64,000 nucleotides of DNA from a virus (IMGVR_UViG_3300017938_000005); one strand, 5' to 3'. Positions 1-9,601 are shown, numbered from the stretch's first letter. Notes: generated from the letters alone by a model not told the origin. Translations and numbers: made by a program.

Positions 1-86
1 TCATCACCGCTCGGCAGAATCGCGGACTTCAGCTCGCACAGGGCAAGAAGTCCGCGTTCCGCAAGATCGCTGACGACACGTACCTC

Positions 87-1250
87 GTGCCGTCGGCCGC
101 GACCGCAGGGAGCGTCTACGTCGTCAACGTGACGACTGCTCGCTGCACGTGTCCCGACTACGAGACGTTTCGCGAACCCTGCAAGCACATTTGGGCGTGT
201 CGTTACCGCTACGAGGTGACGATGCCGGATGGGTCTACGACCGTCGTGACCGAAACTCGATACAGCTATCCGCAGAAGTGGTCTGCGTACAACGCCGCGC
301 AGGTGGCAGAGAAGGACGTCTCACAGGCGCTCCTCCGCCAGCTCTGCGACACCGTCGTTACTCCGCCGCACCCCGGTCGAGGACCGAAGCCGATCCCGTA
401 CAGCGACGCGCTCTTCGCGTGCGCGTGGAAGGTCTACAGCACGTGGTCGTGTCGCCGCGCGTCGTCCGACATCCGCGCCGCACGCGAGGCAGGGCTCATC
501 GAGCGCCAGCCGTCGTACAACGCGATCTTCGACTACATGGCGAAGCCGGAGGTGACGCCGATCTTGAAATACCTCGTCGAGTTGTCCGCGACGCCGATGC
601 GCGCCGTCGAGCGCGAGTTCGCGCCCGACGCGACGGGCTTCGCGACGCCGTCGTACGTGCGATGGTTTGACTATCGGCACGGCGAGGACCGCCGAACGCA
701 GCGTTGGCTCAAAGCGAGCGCGATGTGCGGCACGCTCACGAACGTCATCACGGCCGTCGAGGTGACGGAGAAGGACGTGCACGACAGCAAGCTCTTCAAG
801 CCGATGCTGGACACGACGGTCGCTAATGGTTTCACGGTGAGGAGCGTCGTGGCCGACAAGGGCTACTTGAGCAACCCGATCGTGACGCAGATCGAGGACG
901 TCGGCGCAAAGCCGTACATTCCGTTCAAGATCAATTCACAAGGCAAAGGCAGTCCGGCGTGGGAGCGCATGTACCACTTGTGGTCGCTGCGTCGCGAAGA
1001 GTTCTACGACTTCTACGGTGCGCGCCAGAATGTCGAGAGTTCGTTCTCGGCACTCAAGCGAAAATTCGGCCCGTCGATCCGCAGCAAAGGCCCGCGCCAC
1101 ACCGACAAGTCGCAACCGCCGCAGCCGCTGCCCGCGTCGATGGTGAACGAAATTCTTCTCAAGGTGCTGTGCTTCAACACGTCGATGGTGGTCCACACGA
1201 TGTACGAGATGAATCTCGTGCCCGAGTTCCGCCTCCCGTCGAAAGAGTGA
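87..1250 (+). mobile_element. IS5/IS1182-like DDE transposase with N-terminal SWIM-type zinc finger; frame is open back to window start (5' partial)
   Basis: CxCPDYETFREPCKHIW SWIM-like Cys/His motif; ADKGY DDE motif and C-terminal NVESSFSALKRKFG signature of DDE_Tnp_1 transposases; no stop between position 3 and 87 in frame. Confidence 0.65.
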
Positions 1251-1257
1251 GGGCGCG

Positions 1258-1608
1258 ATGAATGATCGAAAAGACCGCACCTTCACGACGAATGATCTCA
1301 CGGCCGAGGAGCAAGAGCGCGTGCGCGCAGCGCTTCATTACCTCCGCATGCGCTTCGGCGGATGGTATTCGCTCGCGCGGGCGCTCCACTTCGAGGAGAC
1401 GACGCTTTGCCACGCGAGTCGCGGGCGTCGGACGGTGACGCCGACAATGGCGTTCCGCGTCGCGCGTCTCGTCAAGGTGAGCATCGACGATCTGCTCACG
1501 GGCAAGTACCCATCGCCGCATGCGTGTCCGCGCTGCGGCTATGACCCGCACGCGAAAGCGGTCGTGACGTGGCCGAGCGCAAAAGAGAGGACACATGACG
1601 AAACTTGA
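1258..1608 (+). CDS. hypothetical protein with C-terminal CPRCG zinc-ribbon-like motif
   Basis: ORF starts 8 nt after the transposase stop; protein-like composition. Confidence 0.45.
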   Translation: MNDRKDRTFTTNDLTAEEQERVRAALHYLRMRFGGWYSLARALHFEETTLCHASRGRRTVTPTMAFRVARLVKVSIDDLLTGKYPSPHACPRCGYDPHAKAVVTWPSAKERTHDET

Positions 1609-1899
1609 AATGCTCCTTCGCGTTTCCGTTGCGCGCGCCGAGCTGTTGCGGCTCGCGCGCGAGTTCGATTCGCCGAACGCACGCGTCTTGACGTACGCCG
1701 CGAACATCCTCGCGCTCGTCGAGCCGGATGCGTTTCCGATCATCAAGGGTCGGTCGGCTAGCGCCAGCTAGCGCTTGTTCCTTCACAATTCGACGCGACG
1801 GGTTCGTTGCGAAATCGTCCCACAGCGCGCGCGACGAGGGGGAGCCACTTCGCGCTGTGGGACTGCCGTAATGGTAGCATTCGTGCGCCCTGCACCAGG

Positions 1900-2511
1900 T
1901 TAGTTCTCGCAGAACTGTGTCTGCGTGTCGCAATAGAGGCCATTGCAGCAGTCATTGTCGTTGCTGCAATATCGCTGCTGGTCCTCGGCCGGAATGCATG
2001 CGCAGTAGCCGTCGCTCGCGCACGGGGCGTCGCAACATTGGCTGTCGTTCGTGCACGCGAGATCGTCAGCGGTGCACACCCCCGTATCGTTCCCAGCGTC
2101 GCTTCCAGCATCACTCGTCATCGTGCCGCAGAACGTCGTGGAGCACTGCGCGTTGCAATCGGCGCACGTGCACGAGTACCACGCCGACCATTCGGCGATG
2201 GCGTCGGCCGACGCCGATGCCTCGCAGTTCGAGACGCACCCGCTGTTGACCACGCTCGCGCAGTTGTTGACGCACGTGTTGAGCGTCACGCACACGGAGT
2301 CGCCAGTGCACGCTTTCTGTTTGCTTGCGCAGTCGTTCGACGTCGATTGACTGAGACACGTCTGGCAGCTCTGCGAGACGTTCGGATTCGCACCGATGCC
2401 GTTTTTACCACCGTCCGCCCCACTTCCGCCCGACGAGCATGCTGGAACGATGGTGGTTGCGAACGTCAGCGTGAAGACGAGAAGGGCCGCGCCCACGATC
2501 GGATGCTTCAT
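1900..2511 (-). CDS. Cys-rich secreted (lipo)protein
   Basis: N-terminal signal peptide ending VPACSSGG; about 30 Cys in 203 aa. Confidence 0.6.
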   Translation of the reverse strand: MKHPIVGAALLVFTLTFATTIVPACSSGGSGADGGKNGIGANPNVSQSCQTCLSQSTSNDCASKQKACTGDSVCVTLNTCVNNCASVVNSGCVSNCEASASADAIAEWSAWYSCTCADCNAQCSTTFCGTMTSDAGSDAGNDTGVCTADDLACTNDSQCCDAPCASDGYCACIPAEDQQRYCSNDNDCCNGLYCDTQTQFCEN

Positions 2512-2514
2512 GGC

Positions 2515-2784
2515 TTAGCTGCTCACGCACTTGCCGAGGCCGTTACCGCTCTGGTCGTTGCTACACGAATCGCTGTCATTGCAGCAGTCGACGTCGTTCT
2601 CGCAATCGCCTCCGGTGTTGGCGCAGCCGCACGTGCCGCTGTTGCACGTGTTAGAGCAGCAGTCGCTACCTCCGCTGCATGAATCACCCTCCTGCCCGCA
2701 CGTCGACGGGTTCGGGCTTGCCGAGCACGCGACAACGACCAAGCCAACGGCTGCCACCGGCCACATCATCTTCATCGATCGCAT
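2515..2784 (-). CDS. small Cys-rich secreted lipoprotein
   Basis: signal peptide with VVACS lipobox; Cys/Gly/Ser/Asp-rich; tandem with 1900..2511. Confidence 0.6.
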   Translation of the reverse strand: MRSMKMMWPVAAVGLVVVACSASPNPSTCGQEGDSCSGGSDCCSNTCNSGTCGCANTGGDCENDVDCCNDSDSCSNDQSGNGLGKCVSS

Positions 2785-2870
2785 CTGGGCCTCCTAGCGA
2801 CGATGGACTCACGCGCGGCGCGATGGAGTCAAACAAAATGGTAAGCGATGGGTAGGTTTTTACTTCGGGC

Positions 2871-3170
2871 GTGTCCGCCAATCTCGTCTCGGCGATGCGG
2901 CGAAAACCTCAGTCCGTGCTGCGAGACGTCGGGCGTCGCATCGCTGAAATCCGCGTGTCGCGCGGCATGACGCAAGAGCAGTTCGCCGAGAAAGTGCTCC
3001 GCGTGTCCCTCAAGTATTTGCAGCGCGTCGAGGGCGGCGCAGAGAATCTGACGATCTTGTCGTTGGCGAAGCTGGCAAACCGTGTCCGTGTGTCGGTACG
3101 CGAACTGTTCGATTCGCCGGTGATGGAAGCTCCGGGGCGCGGCCGACCGCGCAAACAGCCACGAAAATAA
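2871..3170 (+). CDS. XRE-family helix-turn-helix transcriptional regulator
   Basis: GMTQEQFAEKV...LQRVEGGAENLTILSLAKLANRVRVSVRELF is a canonical Cro/CI-type HTH. Confidence 0.8.
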   Translation: MSANLVSAMRRKPQSVLRDVGRRIAEIRVSRGMTQEQFAEKVLRVSLKYLQRVEGGAENLTILSLAKLANRVRVSVRELFDSPVMEAPGRGRPRKQPRK

Positions 3171-3491
3171 CGTTCGCCTCGCCGAGAGGCGGACGCGATG
3201 ATGGCTACGAACGCGGCTCACGCGTTCTCCGACCATCTATGCCGAGGAAGGCTCCAATCATGTCGTGGTCATGGGCCACGTGTGTCTACCGCTTGCATAG
3301 GCGCTCAAAAATCCTTCGCTTCTATCACACGTTCGCGAGTGCTCCCCTCGTCGAGGACGTACCGACAGCGCAACGTCACTCCAGCCTGAGTTGCTAAAGT
3401 ATTAGGTGACTACACCCTAGGGTGTATTGAGGCACATCGTATCGTGTGTTCCCATCTTTCTCGCGCGCCGCTGCGCGAGGAGGGTGCACGC

Positions 3492-4580
3492 ATGAATCGA
3501 CGTCTCGTTGTTGGTGGTTTGATCGCAGTAGTTTCAACCGCCGCTGCCGCCATGGCCGTGGTCGCGTGTTTCACGGCCCCGAACAACGGCACGGAGCCGA
3601 TCGCGTCAAGCTCCGCGCCTTTGACGACCGTGCAAGGCGCGTGTTCACCCGACGCTGCCAACACGACATGTTTCGACGCGGGCGGCGGGTGGACAACGTG
3701 TATGTGCGGGACCGGCGTCACACCGTGTCCGCCAACCGGATGTCCTTCGTACGACGGCGGCAAGTGCACCCAGCCGTGGTGCGAAGCGCCTTACCCGTAC
3801 GACTTGCAGCTCGACGACGCGGGATCTTTGAGCCTTGGCTTCTGCGGTTTCATGAGCATTCAAGGGAACTTCTCGGATCAAAAGATCTCGGGCGGCGTCA
3901 TTGTGAACATCAGCCAAACCTATATCCAACAGGACCTGAACGCGTATGGGCAACCGCAGTACTTGTTGGTTTCCGAGTTTGGCGCGAACCCGATTTCGGC
4001 CTCGTACATCTGTGCGTACCTGTCTGCCTTCACGCCAGCACTGACCTTGGCGTCCGCAGGAGTGATCGTTCAAGCCGAAACACTCGTTCCACCGTCCACG
4101 TCGGCGAGCTTTGAAATTCCGAGCACTGCCGACAAGTACTTGTGTCCGCTGAACGGCGTTGGCGGGCAGTTCGCGCCGAGCACCTGCACGGCGGGAACCG
4201 ATGCGGTCAATACCGCTGCCGCGAGCGTAGGTGGCGGATTCACGACCATGAAGGTCTCGCAGAGCACGACGGGGACGTGTACCGGCGCCCTTCCCTATTA
4301 CAGCGCGACGAACTGCACGAAACTGACAACGGCACCGAAATACGGGGATGCTGGGAGTACGGCGGGGTGGCAGACCACGCTGTCTGGCGCGGCCACTTCC
4401 GTCACGCTGGGCGCGGTCACCGACTACATCTGTTACCTGACTGAGTGGGACAACCAGGGGTACAATAGTGCGGGCTCCGAAGATCACGTCTGGCTCGACA
4501 ATTCGGGAACGAATTGGACCCTCAACAAGAACAACTCGTACATCAACGTATCCGCAACGTGCATTCCGTACGTCCAGTGA
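3492..4580 (+). CDS. secreted lipoprotein, Thr/Ser/Gly/Cys-rich
   Basis: ORF 3444..4580; likely start at the ATG near 3492 giving MNRRLVVGGLIAVVSTAAAAMAVVAC signal peptide with lipobox. Confidence 0.55.
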   Translation: MNRRLVVGGLIAVVSTAAAAMAVVACFTAPNNGTEPIASSSAPLTTVQGACSPDAANTTCFDAGGGWTTCMCGTGVTPCPPTGCPSYDGGKCTQPWCEAPYPYDLQLDDAGSLSLGFCGFMSIQGNFSDQKISGGVIVNISQTYIQQDLNAYGQPQYLLVSEFGANPISASYICAYLSAFTPALTLASAGVIVQAETLVPPSTSASFEIPSTADKYLCPLNGVGGQFAPSTCTAGTDAVNTAAASVGGGFTTMKVSQSTTGTCTGALPYYSATNCTKLTTAPKYGDAGSTAGWQTTLSGAATSVTLGAVTDYICYLTEWDNQGYNSAGSEDHVWLDNSGTNWTLNKNNSYINVSATCIPYVQ

Positions 4581-4933
4581 ATACGCGCATCATCCTTCTC
4601 GTCGGAGGAGGTTGTCTGCTTGGTGGATGCGGTCTGATCGCGAACAATCCGCCAGATGCTTCCGTTGCTGATGCGGACGCGAGTGACGCCTCCGATGGAG
4701 ACGGAGACGCCACCGACGAGTGCGTTGGCCAGTTCAGTTGCTGCGTCGCAACTGGCGATCATGTCCCAGGTCCTCTCGATCCGCCCATCTCTTGTTGCAG
4801 TTTGCAAAGCGACAACGGGGTATGCGTCGCGAGCTGCGCGAGCAACGGCAGTTCGTGCAACGTCACCCCGCCGTGGCAAGTGCCGTGCTGTGACGGAGGC
4901 ACATGTCTCGCGAACGGCACTTGCCAATGGTGA
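4580..4933 (+). CDS. Cys-rich secreted lipoprotein (GTG start overlapping upstream stop)
   Basis: ORF 4514..4933; plausible GTG start at the upstream stop gives VNTRIILLVGGGCLLGGCG signal/lipobox; many CC pairs. Confidence 0.45.
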   Translation, partial: NTRIILLVGGGCLLGGCGLIANNPPDASVADADASDASDGDGDATDECVGQFSCCVATGDHVPGPLDPPISCCSLQSDNGVCVASCASNGSSCNVTPPWQVPCCDGGTCLANGTCQW

Positions 4934-5036
4934 TCAATGCACGCGCATAGCGCATGATGGGTTCGTAACGTCTTCCTGCGGGCCGAACTGCCCGTGCGAT
5001 GGCGGGAAGTAACGAATCCGCTGCCCGCAGGGAGGA

Positions 5037-5306
5037 TTGAACATGGCTGCAACACCGTTTCCCGAAAGTGTCGTCAGAGCTGCGTTTCGCCGCGCAAGAG
5101 GCCAATGCGAGTGCACGGGGTGCAAAGGAAACAAGGGACGCTGTAGCGCCGTCTTCAATTACGACGAGCGATCCACATCCGATGATGACACTGGGTGGCA
5201 AGCCGATCACATCGACCCCGACGGTCCTCCCACGCTTCCAAACTGCCGCATTCTCTGTGTGCCCTGTCACAAAAACACACCAACGTACGGCGTCGGCGCG
5301 CAGTGA
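5037..5306 (+). CDS. HNH endonuclease-like small protein
   Basis: CECTGCK...HIDPDGPPTLPNCRILCVPCH has the CxxC...H..D...CxxCH HNH pattern. Confidence 0.5.
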   Translation: MNMAATPFPESVVRAAFRRARGQCECTGCKGNKGRCSAVFNYDERSTSDDDTGWQADHIDPDGPPTLPNCRILCVPCHKNTPTYGVGAQ

Positions 5307-5654
5307 TCAGGTGTCTCGCAACACCTCAACGAGTCGCGCGATGATTCGCCGAGCCACCCGTACTTCGATCCTAAGCGCGTCTCCACCGCCCCATTCCGCG
5401 ATCACGTGAATACCTTCAAGACCGCTGAGCTGGGTAGACAGCTCGACGAAAAAGTCGGCGGTCTCGTACAGGCTGCCGTCGTAGCGAAGCCAAATAAAGG
5501 CCCCATCAGCATCGTCGCTACCCTCGCAGCTTGAGGTTGTGTAGACGCGTGGAATTTCGTTGAACGCTTTTACGAGGTCGACAATTCCTTCGTCGACAAG
5601 AGCGTTCACTTTCACCAGGCGTTGCGAGTGCGCCATTTCGTCACCTCGCAGCAA
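5307..5654 (-). CDS. hypothetical protein
   Basis: balanced composition; first gene of the minus-strand block. Confidence 0.45.
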   Translation of the reverse strand: MLRGDEMAHSQRLVKVNALVDEGIVDLVKAFNEIPRVYTTSSCEGSDDADGAFIWLRYDGSLYETADFFVELSTQLSGLEGIHVIAEWGGGDALRIEVRVARRIIARLVEVLRDT

Positions 5655-5854
5655 TGTTCATGCGCGAGTCGACTCGAGCATGAACGCGCGTGATCGTCCC
5701 AAGTTCAGAGCGCATCAGAATTCCTGCCCGACGATTCTTGCGGTGCCCGACGTTTCGCTGAGAAATGGCGATCATCGGGCAGAGCCGAGCCGAGGTTCAC
5801 CTCCGCCCCGCAGCCGCACCAGCAGACACCGGTCGGGATGAGCCTCTTCACAAC

Positions 5855-6070
5855 TTACCAATCACCAGCGATGTAGTGCTCATAGGAAGCGTACGCGATG
5901 CCGCTGTCGTATCCGCAGCCGAGCGGGCACGGCTTTTCCTTCGTGAACCAGCCGCGGGGCCAGCGCTTCTGCACCTCCGCCGCGGGCAAGCCGCGCGCGG
6001 CGTCCGCGTCGAACGTGACGCCGTGCGAGCACGGTTCTCCGATGAGCACGGCACCTTTGAAATCGTTCAT
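5855..6070 (-). CDS. hypothetical small protein (MNDFKG...)
   Basis: internal Met of ORF 5855..6241; ATGA overlap with the stop of the 6067 ORF. Confidence 0.4.
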   Translation of the reverse strand: MNDFKGAVLIGEPCSHGVTFDADAARGLPAAEVQKRWPRGWFTKEKPCPLGCGYDSGIAYASYEHYIAGDW

Positions 6071-6400
6071 CGGTCCAGGAATAGCCCATACGTGTGGAGC
6101 ACGTCGAGCATCGGCGGGTCCGCTTCCGCGGGGTCCTTGCACCACGGGCAGCGGCGAAGCTTGCCGACGCGTCTCGGAACGCTTTTCAGATCGAAGCTCC
6201 GCTTGCTCGTTTTCAAGATGTCGCCATGGCCGCAGGTCCACGCCTCGATGACGAGGTCCACGCGGTAGAGCGACTCGGCCTCCGCATCACCGTGACCGAG
6301 GGGCTCGTGATACGCGGAGGCGACGCAAACATTTTCACCATCGCCGAGCGCGCCGAAGAAGCGATGGCCCGTCACGACCAACGTCCGAAGTGAAGGCGGA
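6067..6400 (-). CDS. hypothetical protein, C-terminal segment; possibly frameshifted fusion with 6375..6548
   Basis: in ORF 6067..6678 only the part downstream of about 6400 (RTLVVTGHRFFG...CPWCKDP) is protein-like; upstream protein-like reading continues in another frame. Confidence 0.3.
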
Positions 6401-6548
6401 GGCGGAGGTTCTTCCAGAGCGTGCGGGGCATCCACCACGGTCGGCACGCGTCCCACGCCTCGCGGTCCACTTCGATGAGGATGCGAGCGGCCTCCGCTGC
6501 CGTCAGCTCGCGCCTCGCAGCGCGTTGGAAGATCTCGAACGAATTCAT
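6375..6548 (-). CDS. hypothetical 57-aa ORF (MNSFEIFQRAARRELTAAEAARILIEVDREAWDACRPWW...)
   Basis: own translation of the minus strand; protein-like segment that changes frame into the 6067 ORF near 6400. Confidence 0.3.
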
Positions 6549-6886
6549 AAAAAATTCCCGGCTCTCTGGACCCGCCGCCGGGAAGGCGGACTTTCAGCGC
6601 TTGCGCGTTCGAGCGGTGTTCGCCGCACCATCCATGAGGCCAAAATACCACGCCAGCCCGTGGAGACGTCAGGGGCATTCTCCGTTACGATGACCTTCAT
6701 GCCCGAGGAGTTCACCGGTGCCCCGTCATGGTGGTCGTACGCGACGATTCCCCAGACGTCTTACATGATGCCGGCGTCCTCGTTTCCCTACTTCCCGCCG
6801 CCCTTCTACTTGTGGCCACGCGCGTGGCCCGGACGGCGTTTCCGTCCCCGTCCGTGGCGCCGCTATCCGCGGCGATGGTGGTGACG

Positions 6887-7025
6887 CGGCTCACGGCTCG
6901 CGGCTCGCGGCACGCGTCACGTGGCTCATGGCTCGCGGATCGTGGCATCGCGGCTCATGGCTCGCGGCTCGCGGCTCGCGGCTCGCGGAACGCGGCTCGC
7001 GGAACGCGGCTCACGGCTTCGGGCA
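6887..7025. repeat. tandem heptanucleotide repeat (GCTCGCG)n, about 20 units with variants GCTCACG/GAACGCG
   Basis: ggctcgcggctcgcggctcgcggctcgcggaacgcggctcgcgg... read directly in the sequence. Confidence 0.8.
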
Positions 7026-7325
7026 ACGCGCCTCATCGTAACCGTAATCCACGCACCGGCCGTGGTTGTCGCACGACTCGCTCGTCTTGACGAAAACGAC
7101 GTCACAGACTTGGGAGCCCACGTGGATGGTTCGCTTCTCCGCCGGCGGTCGTGCTCCAACGAGCGCGATCAGGACGAAGAACAAGATCGGCGAGAGCAGG
7201 ATCAGCGTTCCCCAAGGCTCCGGGATGCCGGGCTCGGGCCTGTGGCACAAGCAGGTCTGCTTGCACGGACAGTTTCGCTCGCGCCCTTCTCTCCTCTCTC
7301 GGGCACGCCGAAGCATCCCGAGCAT
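7011..7325 (-). CDS. hypothetical membrane/Cys-rich protein
   Basis: TM segment LILLSPILFFVLIALVG followed by a Cys-rich tail. Confidence 0.35.
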   Translation of the reverse strand: MLGMLRRARERREGRERNCPCKQTCLCHRPEPGIPEPWGTLILLSPILFFVLIALVGARPPAEKRTIHVGSQVCDVVFVKTSESCDNHGRCVDYGYDEARCPKP

Positions 7326-8026
7326 CAGCGCTCCTTCGGTTCGGAGACCGAATGCGATTGGTGCATCATGTAATTCTGGAGGTACGGCGCCGCGATCGGT
7401 TGGCAGCGCCGGATGAAGAGACAGTTCTCGGCGTTCCGATCTTGACCGGCTCGGGTGTAGTTGAAGCTCCCTTCTTCAACGGAGACGCCGTCAACGATCG
7501 TGACCTTGTTGTGCGCGATGGCGTGCTGGGCGTCGAACCACACGCTGACGCGGTGGTTCCTCAGCTTCGTGACGCGGTCCTCTTCCTTCTTGTCGGACTT
7601 GTCGAGGACGACGTTCACGGAGACGCCGCGGTCGCCGAGCGCGCAGAGGACGTTCGTGATCGGGTCCGACGTGAACCCGTACGCCTGCATGACGACGTAC
7701 TTCTGCGCTTCAGAGAGGAACTTCACGACGGCACCTTCGCAGCCGATCTCGTCGTTGCCCCATTTGGGCGAGAAGCGGATCTCCCAGTCGCCGCAGTGCT
7801 CGTAGGGCAGGCTGCCGGAAGTCGCGGCACTCGGGGCGCCCGCCGCGCTCGCGGAGAGCGACGCTGCCGCTTCGGGTTCACCCAAGACGACCTTCGACGG
7901 ATCTCTCTTCGGCTCTTGGCAGCTCAATGCTGCCGCGAAAATGCCGCCGGCGATCGTGCTCGCGGGCCAAGCGAAGACGATGTTTTCCCGGATCGTACGA
8001 AGGATGCTTTCGATGCTCACGCTCAC
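7325..8026 (-). CDS. phospholipase D-family (HKD) nuclease, Nuc-like, with N-terminal signal/TM
   Basis: AIAHNKVTIVDGVSVEEGSFNYT has the HxKxxxxD HKD motif; hydrophobic N-terminus. Confidence 0.7.
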   Translation of the reverse strand: MSVSIESILRTIRENIVFAWPASTIAGGIFAAALSCQEPKRDPSKVVLGEPEAAASLSASAAGAPSAATSGSLPYEHCGDWEIRFSPKWGNDEIGCEGAVVKFLSEAQKYVVMQAYGFTSDPITNVLCALGDRGVSVNVVLDKSDKKEEDRVTKLRNHRVSVWFDAQHAIAHNKVTIVDGVSVEEGSFNYTRAGQDRNAENCLFIRRCQPIAAPYLQNYMMHQSHSVSEPKER

Positions 8027-8270
8027 GATTCGCCTTCCAATCCAATGGCAGCAGGGTGTCTCAGACGCAAGAGGATGTCGTTCGTCCGAGCCCCGTGCCT
8101 CTCCATCGTGATCGCCTTGTCGACGTCGCCCGCTGCGCGGGCGCGCTCGCCGAGGTCAAAAGAACGATCGCGCATCTGGATGAGCGCGGCGGCGATGAGG
8201 ATCCAGTCCACGTCCGTGATGGCTGCGGTGTCGAGCTTCTTCAAGAGCTTCTCCCGTTTCCTTCGCCTCA
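8023..8270 (-). CDS. hypothetical protein (C-terminal portion of ORF 8023..8502)
   Basis: only the part KLLKKLDTAAITDVDWILIAAALIQMRDRSFDLGERARAAGDVDKAI... is protein-like; upstream part of that ORF is Arg-rich. Confidence 0.35.
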
Positions 8271-8306
8271 CGATGGCTTGTCGCGCTCGGCGCGAGAGCT
8301 TTCTCT

Positions 8307-8631
8307 TCACGCGTCTCGTTTGGGAGCGTGGTTCTCGAGGAGCTTGTCGTACTCCTCTTTCGTGAGGACGATCATGCTGTCCCCGCGCGGCGTCGAGACC
8401 CAGCTCACGTTTTTTGGATCGAAGCCTGCGTTCTTGAGCGCCACTTCGAGGTCGTCCGAGAACTCGGCGTCGATGGAGCGATGACGCCGCGCGTATTTTC
8501 ATAGGAGATCTTGGGCGTCTCTATCCTTGACGCTGAGGGGAATTTTTCCAGGCGGCGTCGACGGATACTTATCGCTCTGGAACGTTTCGACGCCGTCTAC
8601 GAGCTTGAGGTGCGCTCCCATGGTTTCTCCT
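8307..8631 (-). pseudogene. protein-like reading frame interrupted by an in-frame TGA near 8500
   Basis: own translation: MGAHLKLVDGVETFQSDKYPSTPPGKIPLSVKDRDAQDLL, then TGA, then KYARRHRSIDAEFSDDLEVALKNAGFDPKNVSWVSTPRGDSMIVLTKEEYDKLLENHAPKRDA; the annotated frame here is Arg-rich. Confidence 0.3.
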
Positions 8632-8888
8632 ATCCCTTTCCTTTGACGAGCTTTCGTCCAGCCACCGAGAGCCGGTAAGCCCAGCGGTACTCCGCACTCT
8701 GCGCGCCGGCCGAGACGCTGTAGACGCGATTCTCCCTTTCGAGCAGGCCCTTGCCGTACATCTCGAAGGCGAAGCGCTCGACGTGCGCGCCGCGCGGGAA
8801 CTCGTAGCCGCCGGTGAACTTCGCGAGTCGCGCGTGGTCGCGCGCGTCTTGCCGGCGCTTCTTTTCGATCGGATCGAGCTTGGTCGCC
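8630..8888 (-). CDS. hypothetical protein (MATKLDPIEKKRRQDARDH...)
   Basis: internal Met of ORF 8630..9019; upstream part is Arg/Ser-rich. Confidence 0.4.
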
Positions 8889-8906
8889 ATGGTCCTGCCT
8901 TCTCCT

Positions 8907-9209
8907 TCAGCTCGCGCTGCGCGCGGCACCGCTCTCCTTCGACTTGATTTTCTCGTCCTCGCGCTCGCGCGCTTTCTTGTCGAGCGCCGCGACGAGGCAC
9001 GCGGCTCCGCAGAAGTCACGCACGCGATCGAGGTAGTCGGTCTCGTAGGACGAGGGCCCGTAGACGCCGGTCGAACGCGAGATGTTCACGGGCGTGAGCA
9101 AGTTCGCGCCGGAGGCGTTCGAGGTGAATTGGATCCACCCGCGCTCGGCGTACGGGTTCTCGACATGTTTGCCGCAGTGGTCGCACGTCTTCATCGTCAA
9201 CTCTCCCAT
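8907..9209 (-). CDS. hypothetical zinc-binding protein
   Basis: CDHCGK...CGAAC Cys pairs. Confidence 0.5.
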   Translation of the reverse strand: MGELTMKTCDHCGKHVENPYAERGWIQFTSNASGANLLTPVNISRSTGVYGPSSYETDYLDRVRDFCGAACLVAALDKKAREREDEKIKSKESGAARSAS

Positions 9210-9212
9210 CGC

Positions 9213-9389
9213 TCACCTCTCTTTTCGTAACCGGTCGAAGTCGGCTTGCGGATAGGGACCGGTCTCGTCCACCCAGACGTCCGTGCCGCGGTCCGCGAAC
9301 CGGGTCACTTTTCCGACCATCCCCGATCGTTTGTGCTGCACCACGTCGCCGACGTGGAGCCTCTCCTCTTCGTTCGTCCAATCCGCCAT
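9213..9389 (-). CDS. hypothetical small protein (MADWTNEEERLHVGDVV...)
   Basis: internal Met of ORF 9213..9422. Confidence 0.45.
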   Translation of the reverse strand: MADWTNEEERLHVGDVVQHKRSGMVGKVTRFADRGTDVWVDETGPYPQADFDRLRKER

Positions 9390-9601
9390 CACGCACTCCC
9401 GAAGCGGAAGGATGCCCAGCAATCGTATTCTTCGTCCCAGAAGAACCCGAGCGCGTCGAGCCTCGCCAGGTCTTCGTTCGAGATCTCGTCTTTCTCGATG
9501 CCCATGACGCAGAGGACGTCGTGCTCGCAGTGCGTGGGACGCTCCACGTTCTTGTATTCCCGGAAGATGCTGAGCGCCTCGATCAACTTGTCCATCGTCA
9601 T
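9389..9601 (-). CDS. hypothetical small protein (MTMDKLIEALSIFREYKNVERPTHCEHDVLC...)
   Basis: internal Met; ATGA overlap with the next gene; upstream part of the ORF is Arg/Gly-rich. Confidence 0.45.
   Translation of the reverse strand: MTMDKLIEALSIFREYKNVERPTHCEHDVLCVMGIEKDEISNEDLARLDALGFFWDEEYDCWASFRFGSA

Noticed and set aside
1807-2682. 291-aa plus-strand ORF overlapping the two minus-strand lipoprotein genes
   Set aside because: Ala/Arg/Val-rich antisense artefact; the minus-strand frames have signal peptides, lipoboxes and Cys patterns.
3171-3200. Hairpin cgcctcgccgagaggcg after the XRE gene as an intrinsic terminator
   Set aside because: A short stem is present, but no T-rich tract follows it; left unannotated.
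6887-7025. Possible CRISPR array
   Set aside because: Units are 7 nt tandem with no spacers; this is not a repeat-spacer architecture. No CRISPR-like arrays seen elsewhere in the window.
7151-8365. 404-aa plus-strand ORF opposite the PLD nuclease and neighbours
   Set aside because: Arg/Ala-rich antisense frame; the minus-strand genes carry the HKD motif and protein-like composition.
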